Assembly: GCA_965207885.1 (NCBI GenBank) | Contig: OZ242311.1 | Span: 640,001 to 704,000, forward strand | Reading direction: 5' to 3' | DNA: 64,000 nucleotides | Origin: Candidatus Latescibacterota bacterium | GTDB taxonomy: Bacteria > Latescibacterota > UBA2968 | Part shown: piece by piece, positions 9,185 through 17,881 of the stretch | How positions within the stretch are numbered: the first letter of the stretch is position 1 | Layout of the letters: each line of letters starts with the position of its first letter | Translations under genes and position numbers: made by a program | The notes under the pieces: model-generated | Told to the model about the DNA's origin: nothing | What the model saw: only the letters and a program-made list of their open reading frames with translations | Databases searched by the model: none

Positions 9185-11534
9185 TGTATATGCACAGCGC
9201 GATTGCGATGAGGAGGATGGCGATACCGCCGAGTGTGATCCACCGCGTGGTGGCTACGATGGGGTCGCGGTAGGTGAGTTCGACGATGTGTTCGCCGGGT
9301 TCAAGTGCGACTGCGGTCCAGAGGTAGTTGGCGCGTATGAGGGGTTTGGGTTCGCCGTTGACGGTGGTAGTCCAGTTGGGATGGTGGTTTTGCGAGATGA
9401 CGAGGATGCGGGGTCCCGGGGCTGTTGTGCCGAGTTTGAGATGGCCCTGGTGTTCGTTGTATTCGAGGCGTTTGACGCTGCCTGTTTCACTGGTGTTGGT
9501 GTCGGGGGTGATGCCGGGGTTTTCTTCGATGAGTGCTGTCTGCATGGGATTGGTGTTGGGGTCGGTCAGTTTTTGGAGGATCTGATTTTCATCGGGGATG
9601 ATTTCGTATTGGGGCGCGAGATAAAACCAGGGTAATGCACCGGGGTTGCGGTAGATGTGCAGGCCCTGACGTCCGGCAATTTTTTGGAGATATGGATCAC
9701 CCAGTTCAGATGGGGCGACGATGTATCTGGTGTTGAGGAGGTTGCGGATCGCGGGGTTGGGGTTGTAGAGTGCGTCGGATTTGAGGATGTTGTCGTAGCG
9801 CCTGATGGCGAAGTCGTGAAACCCGGTTACGAGGTCTATGCCGGGCAAGGGCATCTGGTTGTGGTCGGGTAGGGCGAGTACGCGGAAGAGGCTGTTGTCG
9901 CGTTTGAGGAAGGCAACGGCGTCGGCGTTGACGCGCTCCTGTGGTGGAACGCGGTTGGGGTTGACGTAGTTGAGAAATAGTTTGTCAATGCGCCAGGTGT
10001 CGATGAGGAGGACGGTGAGGAGCACAAGGGCAAAGGTGTGGATTTGGAGTTTATTTTGTGCGCGGAGATACGAGATGACGGTGAGTATGCCGACGAAGAG
10101 CGCGGCGAGCAATGCGCCCTGTCCTGCGATGGGAAGGTTATTCTGGGCGATTTGGAGGCGGGGGGCAGGTATGTCCGTCCAGACGATGTTTTGCCAGATG
10201 GATAGAAGTGCGGAAGGGGCAAAGGCAAATAGGAGGAGGATGGCGGTGCATATTCCGCCTGCGATGCCGATTTTTTTTGCTGCTTCGGGGGTGATGTCGT
10301 CGGTTATGAGGCGGTGGAGACTGTACGCACCAAGGGCGCACAGTGCAAAAGCAAAGAGGAAGGCGATCATGCCGGGTGCGCGCAGTACGCTGACGCCCGG
10401 GACGATGTGAAAGAGGAGTTTGTGCAGGGGGGTGTGGGGTCCGAGTGCATAGGCGACGGCGAGTATGAAGAGGCCGAGGAGGAATGCGATGTGGGTTTTT
10501 TTGCGTATGCGCGAGAGGGCGAGGATGGCGAAGAAGAGGGGGACGATGCCGATGTATTCGGAGTTGATTTTGAAGGCGTTGCGCCCCCAGTATTTGTGGG
10601 TTGTTGTGTTTGTGTCAAAGGCGACAAATTCGGGGATGACGAGGGCGAATATTTCTTCGGGATGGAGCGACCAGGATGAGGCAAATTCATATCCGTCTTC
10701 TTGTGCGGTAGCGGCGCGTTTTGACGATGTTGTTGTGTTCCAGTATTGTGGGATGACGCCTTCTGCGCCTATGGCGAGGCCCAGGCAGATCGCGCCTGCC
10801 GATAGGAGGGTTTGATAGAGGGCGGTTTTTGTGTTTTTGGTACGGGACAGGCTTCGTATGAGTTTGTAGAGAAAGAGCAGGCCCAGTGCCCAGAGGGCGA
10901 AGTAGGCCATCTGGAGGTGCGGGCTGTAGATGGCGATGCCAACGGTGCCGCCGAGGATTAAAAAGTAGATGATGCGCCGCGTGTCCATGCCCCGGTTGAG
11001 TGCCCAGTACATGAGGGGGAAGAGGCCGATGACGGTCATTTTTGCATAGTGCCCGGCCTGCGAGAAGGAGAGGAATGCAGGGGCAGAGGCGTAGGCCGCA
11101 CCCGCGATGAGGGCTGCGAGGGGATGGAGGCCAAAGCTGCGTGTGCAGAGGTACATGAAGTAACCTGCTGTGAACATGGCGAAGATGTAACGCCAGCCAA
11201 AATAACGGTGTTGGCTGGTGAAGAGGTCGATGATGATGAGGGGATAGTATTGGGCGCGCAGCGCGGCGGATTCTGGCATGCCGCCCATGTATCGGCTCCA
11301 GTTTTTTGGTGGCAATTTGCTCAGGGCTTCTGTAAAGGGCTCGTTGCCGCTGTGAAATTCTGTACCGGTGTCGCTGCCGAGGATCACATCGCCCGTGATG
11401 AGAAGGTGATAGAAATAGCCAGCCGTGAGCAGGGCAAAAAAGACTATGGGTACCCAGGGGCGGGATAGGAAGCGGGTGAAGTCAAACGCCGATTTGGTCT
11501 GGGTGGATGGACTACGCCTGCGTCGTTTGCTCAT
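9159..11534 (-). CDS. YfhO-family membrane protein (GT-C)
   Basis: Polytopic N-terminus; C-terminal SQNHHPNWTTTVNG...RANYLWTAVALEPGEHIVELTY resembles YfhO. Confidence 0.8.
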   Translation of the reverse strand: MSKRRRRSPSTQTKSAFDFTRFLSRPWVPIVFFALLTAGYFYHLLITGDVILGSDTGTEFHSGNEPFTEALSKLPPKNWSRYMGGMPESAALRAQYYPLIIIDLFTSQHRYFGWRYIFAMFTAGYFMYLCTRSFGLHPLAALIAGAAYASAPAFLSFSQAGHYAKMTVIGLFPLMYWALNRGMDTRRIIYFLILGGTVGIAIYSPHLQMAYFALWALGLLFLYKLIRSLSRTKNTKTALYQTLLSAGAICLGLAIGAEGVIPQYWNTTTSSKRAATAQEDGYEFASSWSLHPEEIFALVIPEFVAFDTNTTTHKYWGRNAFKINSEYIGIVPLFFAILALSRIRKKTHIAFLLGLFILAVAYALGPHTPLHKLLFHIVPGVSVLRAPGMIAFLFAFALCALGAYSLHRLITDDITPEAAKKIGIAGGICTAILLLFAFAPSALLSIWQNIVWTDIPAPRLQIAQNNLPIAGQGALLAALFVGILTVISYLRAQNKLQIHTFALVLLTVLLIDTWRIDKLFLNYVNPNRVPPQERVNADAVAFLKRDNSLFRVLALPDHNQMPLPGIDLVTGFHDFAIRRYDNILKSDALYNPNPAIRNLLNTRYIVAPSELGDPYLQKIAGRQGLHIYRNPGALPWFYLAPQYEIIPDENQILQKLTDPNTNPMQTALIEENPGITPDTNTSETGSVKRLEYNEHQGHLKLGTTAPGPRILVISQNHHPNWTTTVNGEPKPLIRANYLWTAVALEPGEHIVELTYRDPIVATTRWITLGGIAILLIAIALCIYNEKTDNTN

Positions 11535-12652
11535 TGTTGGGGTTCCTGTGGTGAGTTATTGGCAACTTTCAGATAGACATCTTCTTGCGCCTGTGCTGTG
11601 CGGTCCCAGGTGAATTGGGCGGCCCATTTGCGGCCCGCTGTTCCCAGGCGTTTGCGCAGGAAGGCGTCGCTGAGCAGGCGGTTCATGGCACTGGCGAGTG
11701 CCTGGGGATTTTCCGCTGGGACGAGGAGGCCGGTTTCATCGGCGCGGATGGCATCTGCCAGTCCGGGGATGTCGGTGCCTATGACGGCTTTGGCTGCGGC
11801 TGCGGCTTCAATGGCGACAATGCCCCAGCCTTCGTAGCGCGAGGGGGTGCAGACGAAGAGGGCATGGCCCATGAGGATGTTTTTTTGTTCGGGTGTGACA
11901 GCGCCGGTAAATTCGACGCGGTTTGCGATGTTGAGCTGATTGGCGATAGATCGTATTTCGCGCTTGCTTTGGGGGGTTCCGCGACCTGAGAGGATGAGGC
12001 GGATGTCGGGTGCGTTGAGTTTGGCAAAGGCGGATAAGAGGATGTCGATGCCTTTGTTGTGGATGTCCGTGCGCCCAAAATAGAGGATGTAGTTCTCTTC
12101 TGCCCAGGGTGCTTCAAAACAGATTTGATCAATGCCGTTATAGACGAGATAGAATTGTGCGTGGGGTGCGCGTTTTTCAAGCTGGCGCGTGACTGTGGGC
12201 GAGACGGTCTGGATGTGCGGATGAAGGCGCAGGGCGCGCTGTTCGGCTTTGCGGGCAATGTGGCCGAGCAGGGGATATTTTGCGATGGCGTGATCGCCCA
12301 TGAAATGGGAAAATTCGAGGAGGCTGTCGCGCCTTTTTTTTGCGGAGACGTAGAGGGGGGCAAAGGCTGAGAATTGATGGACCCACAGGTCGGTATTGGC
12401 GCGGGTGATTTCGCGGGAGGCGTGGTAGGCAAAACTCATTCGGCTGAGGAGGTACGAACGGTCCGATCCCACGCGGCGGATGTGTACGCCTTCTACGGTT
12501 TCTTCTCTGAGGGCGTCGGGATATGCGCCTGTCAGGATGGTGATCTGATGTTTGTGCGATAGACGACGGGCTATTTCCCATGTGCGCAGGGCACCGCCCC
12601 CACCACACCAGGGGTTGTCGATGTCGTCGTATAGGGTGTGTAAGATGTTCAT
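11531..12652 (-). CDS. Glycosyltransferase family 4
   Basis: GGGALR, YFGRTDIHNKG, PSRYEGWGIVAIEA. Confidence 0.9.
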   Translation of the reverse strand: MNILHTLYDDIDNPWCGGGGALRTWEIARRLSHKHQITILTGAYPDALREETVEGVHIRRVGSDRSYLLSRMSFAYHASREITRANTDLWVHQFSAFAPLYVSAKKRRDSLLEFSHFMGDHAIAKYPLLGHIARKAEQRALRLHPHIQTVSPTVTRQLEKRAPHAQFYLVYNGIDQICFEAPWAEENYILYFGRTDIHNKGIDILLSAFAKLNAPDIRLILSGRGTPQSKREIRSIANQLNIANRVEFTGAVTPEQKNILMGHALFVCTPSRYEGWGIVAIEAAAAAKAVIGTDIPGLADAIRADETGLLVPAENPQALASAMNRLLSDAFLRKRLGTAGRKWAAQFTWDRTAQAQEDVYLKVANNSPQEPQQ

Positions 12653-12663
12653 TTATAGATGGT

Positions 12664-13221
12664 TCATTCCCAGAGCATCTGGTCTATGACGTCGAATAAG
12701 TCGCGGCCGATGTAGCTTATGCGGTTGCGCGTTTGCTGGTCGATTTCTGCAAGGGCGTTTTCACCAGAGCCGGTGCGCACGAGGGCTGCGCGACATCCGG
12801 CATTCCACCCGGCTTCGAGGTCGGTTGCGTTGTCGCCTATCATGATAGAACCCGCGAGGTCGATGTTGTGTTCACTGGCGGCGCGCAAGATCATGCCCGG
12901 CGCGGGTTTGCGGCAGGTGCAGTTGTCTCTCCCATCGGGGTGATGGGGGCAGTGGTAGATGGCATGGATGGAGGCGTTGTGCGCGGACAATTGGTGTTTG
13001 AGTTCGCGGTGGATCTCAGAGAGTCCAGGTTCTGTGAGTAGGCCGCGCGCAATGGCGGATTGGTTGGTGATGACGATGACGGGATAACCGGCCTGGTTGA
13101 GACGCGCAATAGCTTCTCCCGCGCGCGGTATAAGCTGGAGTTGTTCCACGCGGTTGAGGTCGTGGACCTCGATGTTGATTGTGCCGTCGCGGTCGATGAA
13201 TGCTGCGGGTTGTGCGTTCAC
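12664..13221 (-). CDS. HAD phosphatase, GmhB/histidinol-phosphatase family
   Basis: DRDGTIN, ITNQS, CPHHP...CTCRKP, MIGD; GTG start overlaps the hisB stop. Confidence 0.85.
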   Translation of the reverse strand: MNAQPAAFIDRDGTINIEVHDLNRVEQLQLIPRAGEAIARLNQAGYPVIVITNQSAIARGLLTEPGLSEIHRELKHQLSAHNASIHAIYHCPHHPDGRDNCTCRKPAPGMILRAASEHNIDLAGSIMIGDNATDLEAGWNAGCRAALVRTGSGENALAEIDQQTRNRISYIGRDLFDVIDQMLWE

Positions 13222-13808
13222 AGGCTTCCTTTGGTCGAGGGTATGCCGCTGATCCTATTGTCGAGGGTGACGGCTTGTCGCAGGGATCGGGCGACGGCTT
13301 TGAAGATGGCTTCCATGCCGTGGTGCGCGTTGTTGCCGCGGATGAGGTCGATGTGCAGGTTCAGGCGGGCGTTGTGCGCGAGTGCGGTGAAAAATTCGAG
13401 GCCGAGTGCCGTGGGAAATGCGCCGATGCGTTCTTCGGCGAATGCGGCGTTATAGATCAGGTGCGCGCGTCCAGAGAGATCGACCACGGCGCGGGCAAGG
13501 GCTTCGTCCATGGGGACGTACGCAGAGCCGAATCGCGCGATGCCGGCTTTGTCGCCCAGTGCGTTAGATAGTGCTTGACCGAGGCAGATGCCGACGTCTT
13601 CGACGGTGTGGTGGGCATCGACTTCGAGGTCGCCTTTGCAGGTGACGGTGAGGTCGAATAAGCCGTGGCGGGCAAGGGCTGTGAGCATGTGGTCAAAAAA
13701 ACCGATGCCCGTGTCGATGTGCGATTCTCCCGTGCCCGTGAGGTTGAGGGTGAGGTCTATGTCGGTTTCAGAGGTTTTGCGCTGGATGTGTGCCGTGCGA
13801 GAGGACAT
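13218..13808 (-). CDS. hisB: Imidazoleglycerol-phosphate dehydratase
   Basis: RKTSETDI, TGIGFFDHML, DAHHTVED, PMDEAL, NAHHGMEAIFKA. Confidence 0.97.
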   Translation of the reverse strand: MSSRTAHIQRKTSETDIDLTLNLTGTGESHIDTGIGFFDHMLTALARHGLFDLTVTCKGDLEVDAHHTVEDVGICLGQALSNALGDKAGIARFGSAYVPMDEALARAVVDLSGRAHLIYNAAFAEERIGAFPTALGLEFFTALAHNARLNLHIDLIRGNNAHHGMEAIFKAVARSLRQAVTLDNRISGIPSTKGSL

Positions 13809-13826
13809 TGGGATGTGCCTTTTTGT

Positions 13827-13924
13827 GTAGGGGACGGTTCCCGTGCTCCCGTATAGAAGCACTACGGGACAGGCTTCCGTGTGTCATCGCGGCATGTTTT
13901 TGAGCCGCGATCCAGAAGGTTTTT
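13827..13924 (+). repeat. Composite palindromic repeat (GTAG-type + CCCGTA module + GTCATCGCGG hairpin)
   Basis: GTAGGGGACGG..., CCCGTATAGAAGCACTACGGGACAGGCT, GTCATCGCGGCATGTTTTTGAGCCGCGATCCAGAAGGTTTT. Confidence 0.85.
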
Positions 13925-13929
13925 GTTTT

Positions 13930-15336
13930 TTAATTTCCATCAGCAGGTTCGGGGAGTATGCGTTTTATTAAGTGATGTTTGTATCCAAAGCCGGGACCTT
14001 CGACTGTGGAGATGTCGATGTGGCCGTTTTGCCGGCGATAGACGCCGGGGTGTACGGCGGCTTCGGGGATTGAGGCTTCGGGGTAAAATTGCATGGCGTT
14101 GGTTTCAAAGCCCATGACGGTGCCAGCATAGGCGGTGAGCAAGGCGTGGGGGATTTGCGCGAGCATGGGATTTGTGAGGTCCTGTACCATGAGTGTCATG
14201 CCGTGTGCGCGTGCCCAGCAGAGGGAGAGCAGGGCGCCGGTCTGGGTTTTGCAGGTTTTGAGTGCGACGCCGGTCCAGCCGAGTTGCCGCCCCAGGCGTA
14301 TGACGCGCCAGTCGTGCGCGCTTTCGTCCATGAAGAGGGGTTTGCGTGCGGAGATGCTGTGGACGTGGAGGGGATTTTCAGAGAGTTCATAGGCAAAGGG
14401 CTGTTCGACATAGAGGATCATTTGATAGATGCGCGGGTGGTCGGTGAGGAGGCGGTCCAGGATGTCGTTGACGTAATCGACTTGTTGGACGGTGCAGTTG
14501 AAGTCTGTACACAACCACATGGCGTTGTTTTCGATGCCGATTTGTCCGATGCGGACGATGCGGTCGTAATCCCATCCGGGTTCTTGTCCGGTGAGTTTGA
14601 TTTTGAGGCAGGTGATGCCGTCGCGTTGTATCCAGTTGGGGAGGACTACGGGATAGCCGTCGTCGGGTTCATCGCCTGTGCGTTCAGAGTCGTCGAGGAG
14701 GTCGTTGCCGCCTACGGCGTGCCATGCGGGCAGGCGGTTTGGTCGCGGGCGGATGAGATAGTTTTCGGGATAGCGACCGGCGAAGTTGTCGTCGATGTCG
14801 TCGGCGGTGTCGAGGTAGTGCGAGAGGTCGGCGTTCATGAATTCTGCGTTGTACGTGTCGTAGATGTCGATGTTGTGGCACATGCCATAAGCGTCGTGCA
14901 GGGCGAGGTCATAAGCCGAGGCGCAGACGAGCGCGGATAGGCGGGGCATGTCTCCCGTGGTGTTTTGTTGTTCGATGTTGAAGGCCGACAGGAGGTTGGG
15001 GAGGATGTTTTCCTGGACTATGTGGCCGATTTCGATGGGGTGACCGGCGGTGTCGATGCCTGCATAGGCGCGTCCGATTTTGAGGCAGAAGTTTTTCATG
15101 GCCGTTTCCCGGATGGCATAAGTGAGGTGCGGCGATGGCCATGCCCAGGGCGCGCTTAAAGGTGTTTCTCCCCAGCCAGAAGCGGTGTTGCCGCGCTGGT
15201 CTTCGACGTCGATGCGGACTCTGACGCAGGTGACGCTGTCGAGTTGTTCGGTGCCAAAGCGGTAGGGTATGCGCGTTTGTACGGGGAGGAAGTAGGTGGC
15301 GACGGATTTGATTTTTATGTCTGTTGGTTTGGGCAT
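13930..15336 (-). CDS. Enolase superfamily (mandelate racemase/muconate lactonizing-like) protein
   Basis: LKIKL, TDFN, YVEQP, MDES metal ligands, ALKTCK, C-terminal GPGFG. Confidence 0.75.
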   Translation of the reverse strand: MPKPTDIKIKSVATYFLPVQTRIPYRFGTEQLDSVTCVRVRIDVEDQRGNTASGWGETPLSAPWAWPSPHLTYAIRETAMKNFCLKIGRAYAGIDTAGHPIEIGHIVQENILPNLLSAFNIEQQNTTGDMPRLSALVCASAYDLALHDAYGMCHNIDIYDTYNAEFMNADLSHYLDTADDIDDNFAGRYPENYLIRPRPNRLPAWHAVGGNDLLDDSERTGDEPDDGYPVVLPNWIQRDGITCLKIKLTGQEPGWDYDRIVRIGQIGIENNAMWLCTDFNCTVQQVDYVNDILDRLLTDHPRIYQMILYVEQPFAYELSENPLHVHSISARKPLFMDESAHDWRVIRLGRQLGWTGVALKTCKTQTGALLSLCWARAHGMTLMVQDLTNPMLAQIPHALLTAYAGTVMGFETNAMQFYPEASIPEAAVHPGVYRRQNGHIDISTVEGPGFGYKHHLIKRILPEPADGN

Positions 15337-15401
15337 GGGTTTGTCTTTCGTGAAAACAAGCTATCAGCAGTCAGCAGTCAGCAAAACAAGGGTATTAGAG
15401 C

Positions 15402-15444
15402 CGTCATCGCGGCATGTTTTTGAGCCGCGATCCAGAAGGTTTTT
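15402..15444 (+). repeat. CGTCA...TCCAG palindromic repeat
   Basis: 15403-15444 identical over 42 bp to 13883-13924. Confidence 0.9.
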
Positions 15445-16506
15445 TTATTTTAATGTCCATTCAAGTGCCTCCAAAAAGCGGTCGTTTTCTCGTTCGGTGC
15501 CGATGGATACGCGCAGCGCCCTGTCGAGCATAGGATAGGATGTGACGTTGCGGATGAGTACGCCTTGTTCGATTAGTCCGGTGAAGACGAGGTCCGGGTC
15601 GGCGACTTCAAAGAGGATGAGGTTGGCGTGTGATGGATAGGGTGTGACGCCTTCTATTTTGGCGAGGGCCTGGAAGACGCGCTCGCGTTCTGAGCAGATG
15701 AATGCGATGCGTTTTTGTATGAGGTCTTTGTGGTTGAGGATGGCCATGGCCGCTGTGTGCGAGAAGATGTTGATGTCAAAGGGGATTTTGCCTTTGATGA
15801 TTTCGTCGCGCAAGTCGGGGTGGGCGATGAGATATCCAATGCGGATGCCCGCGGCGCCAAATGCTTTGGAGAGGGTTTTGAGTACGATGAGGTTGGGGTG
15901 TTTGGGCAAGAGGTCGATGGCGGTCTGATCGTAGAATTCGCCGTAGGCTTCATCGACCATGACGAGGGCGCTGGTGCTGGATAAGAGTTTGTCGAGGTCT
16001 GTGTTTGAGATGGCGCATCCCGTGGGGTTGTTGGGGGAGCAGAGGATGATGAGGCGCACGTTTTTTTCGCTGGCAGCGCGACATAGAGCCGGGATGTCGA
16101 AGCCGTAGTTTTCTGTGAGGGGAATGTCGAGGACGCGTCCGCTGAATATGTCGGTGTAGAGGCCGTAGAGGGAGAATGAGGGCGAGGGGATGACGACCTG
16201 GACACCGGGTGCGGATACGACGCCGAGGACGAGTTGTACGAGGGTGTTCGATCCGTTGCAGACGATGAGTCCACCGGGTTGGACGCCTGCGTGGTCGGCG
16301 AGTGCTTCGACGAGGTCCATTTGCATGGGTTCGGGATAGCGCGACCAGGATTTGTCCCGGACGGCGCGCAAGATGTCGTCTTTCAAGCTGTCGGGTACGT
16401 CAAACGGGCTTTCGTTTTGATTGAGCTTGATGGGACAATCGTAGGCGGTGAGATGGTACCCGTGCAGGGCGCGGACTTCGGGTTTTATGTTTTGGAGGTA
16501 GGTCAT
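15445..16506 (-). CDS. hisC: Histidinol-phosphate aminotransferase
   Basis: KLNQNESP, CSPNNPTG, VDEAYGEF, TLSKAFGAAGIRIGY. Confidence 0.95.
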   Translation of the reverse strand: MTYLQNIKPEVRALHGYHLTAYDCPIKLNQNESPFDVPDSLKDDILRAVRDKSWSRYPEPMQMDLVEALADHAGVQPGGLIVCNGSNTLVQLVLGVVSAPGVQVVIPSPSFSLYGLYTDIFSGRVLDIPLTENYGFDIPALCRAASEKNVRLIILCSPNNPTGCAISNTDLDKLLSSTSALVMVDEAYGEFYDQTAIDLLPKHPNLIVLKTLSKAFGAAGIRIGYLIAHPDLRDEIIKGKIPFDINIFSHTAAMAILNHKDLIQKRIAFICSERERVFQALAKIEGVTPYPSHANLILFEVADPDLVFTGLIEQGVLIRNVTSYPMLDRALRVSIGTERENDRFLEALEWTLK

Positions 16507-16558
16507 TGTGAAGTGTGAAGGTTGAAGTGTGAAGGGGGAAGGGTGGCCTTCTCACTTC

Positions 16559-17866
16559 TCACTTCTTCCTTCTTCCTTGTCTTATCCTGATGGCATTGGC
16601 ATGGGCGTCGAGGCCCTCGGTTTCGGCCATGCTGATGATGTGGCCCGCGGTTTTTTGCAGGCGTTGGTCGGTGTATTGTAAGATGCTGATGTTTTTGGTG
16701 AAGGTGTCAACGCCAACGGATGACGCGAATCGGGCGGCACCGGCCGTGGGCAGGATGTGGTTGGTGCCCGCATAGTAGTCGCCCACGGGTTCGGATGATG
16801 CCGCGCCGAGGAACACGGCGCCGGCATGGCGAACGGTTTGCAGGTGTGCCCAGGGATCGGCGACGATGAGTTCGAGGTGTTCGGGTGCGATGCGATTGGC
16901 GAGGTCAATGCCTTCGGCAAGGTCGCGCACGACGACGATTGCGCCAAAGCGGTCGAGTGCTTTTTGTATGGCTTCGCGGTGTGTCAGGTCGGCGGCTTGA
17001 TGGGCGATTTCGTCGGCGATTTGCGTTGCGAGGTCGGCATAGGGTGTGATGCAGACCGCGGCTTCATATCCGCTGCCGTGTTCGGCCTGTGAGAGGAGGT
17101 CGGCGGCGACGTGTTTGGCGTTTGCGGTGCGGTCGGCGATGACGACGATTTCGCTGGGTCCGGCGATCATGTCGATGTCAACGGTTCCGAAGACGAGTTT
17201 TTTTGCGATTTGTACATAGGGGTTGCCGGGTCCGACGAGTTTGTCAACGCGGGGTATGGTGTCGGTGCCATAAGCGAGCGCGGCGATGGCTTGTGCGCCA
17301 AAGATTTTGTAGATTTCGCGTATGCCTATGTGATGGGCTGTGGCGAGGACGGCGGGGTGTATGGCGCCGTTTGGCTGCGGGGGCGTGGCGATGCAGAGGT
17401 GCGGGACGCCTGCGATTTGCGCGGGGATGGCGGCCATGAGCAGGGTGGAGAATAAGGGGGCACTTGCGCCGGGGATGAGCAGGGCAACGCGTTCGATGGG
17501 TAAGATGCGTTTGCCGAGGATGACGCCGTCACCGTCTTCGATGAAGTAGGATGTTTGTCGCTGTATTTCGTGAAATTTGCGGATGTTTGCCGCGGCTGCG
17601 TCTATGATTTCGATGAATTTGGGGTCGGCGTTGCGATGGGCTGCTTTGATTTCGGTTTCGGGCACGCGTATGTCGGCGGCTTTTATGGCAATGCCGTCGT
17701 ATTTTTTGGTGTACGCGAGGAGGGCGCGGTCCCCCTGTTCTCTTACGGTGCTGACGATTTCTCGCACGGTTGCTTCCTGTTCGGCGGAGAAATCAGGGGT
17801 GCGCGAGAGTATGGCGTCGAGCTTGGGGGGTGTCTCTTCGGGGTTGTATTTGATGATTTCGATCAT
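16559..17866 (-). CDS. hisD: Histidinol dehydrogenase
   Basis: GAQAIAALAYGT, GPGNPYV, IDMIAGPSE, SQAEH, APEHLEL, GTNHILPT. Confidence 0.97.
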   Translation of the reverse strand: MIEIIKYNPEETPPKLDAILSRTPDFSAEQEATVREIVSTVREQGDRALLAYTKKYDGIAIKAADIRVPETEIKAAHRNADPKFIEIIDAAAANIRKFHEIQRQTSYFIEDGDGVILGKRILPIERVALLIPGASAPLFSTLLMAAIPAQIAGVPHLCIATPPQPNGAIHPAVLATAHHIGIREIYKIFGAQAIAALAYGTDTIPRVDKLVGPGNPYVQIAKKLVFGTVDIDMIAGPSEIVVIADRTANAKHVAADLLSQAEHGSGYEAAVCITPYADLATQIADEIAHQAADLTHREAIQKALDRFGAIVVVRDLAEGIDLANRIAPEHLELIVADPWAHLQTVRHAGAVFLGAASSEPVGDYYAGTNHILPTAGAARFASSVGVDTFTKNISILQYTDQRLQKTAGHIISMAETEGLDAHANAIRIRQGRRKK

Positions 17867-17881
17867 TTTATTGCTTCTCGT

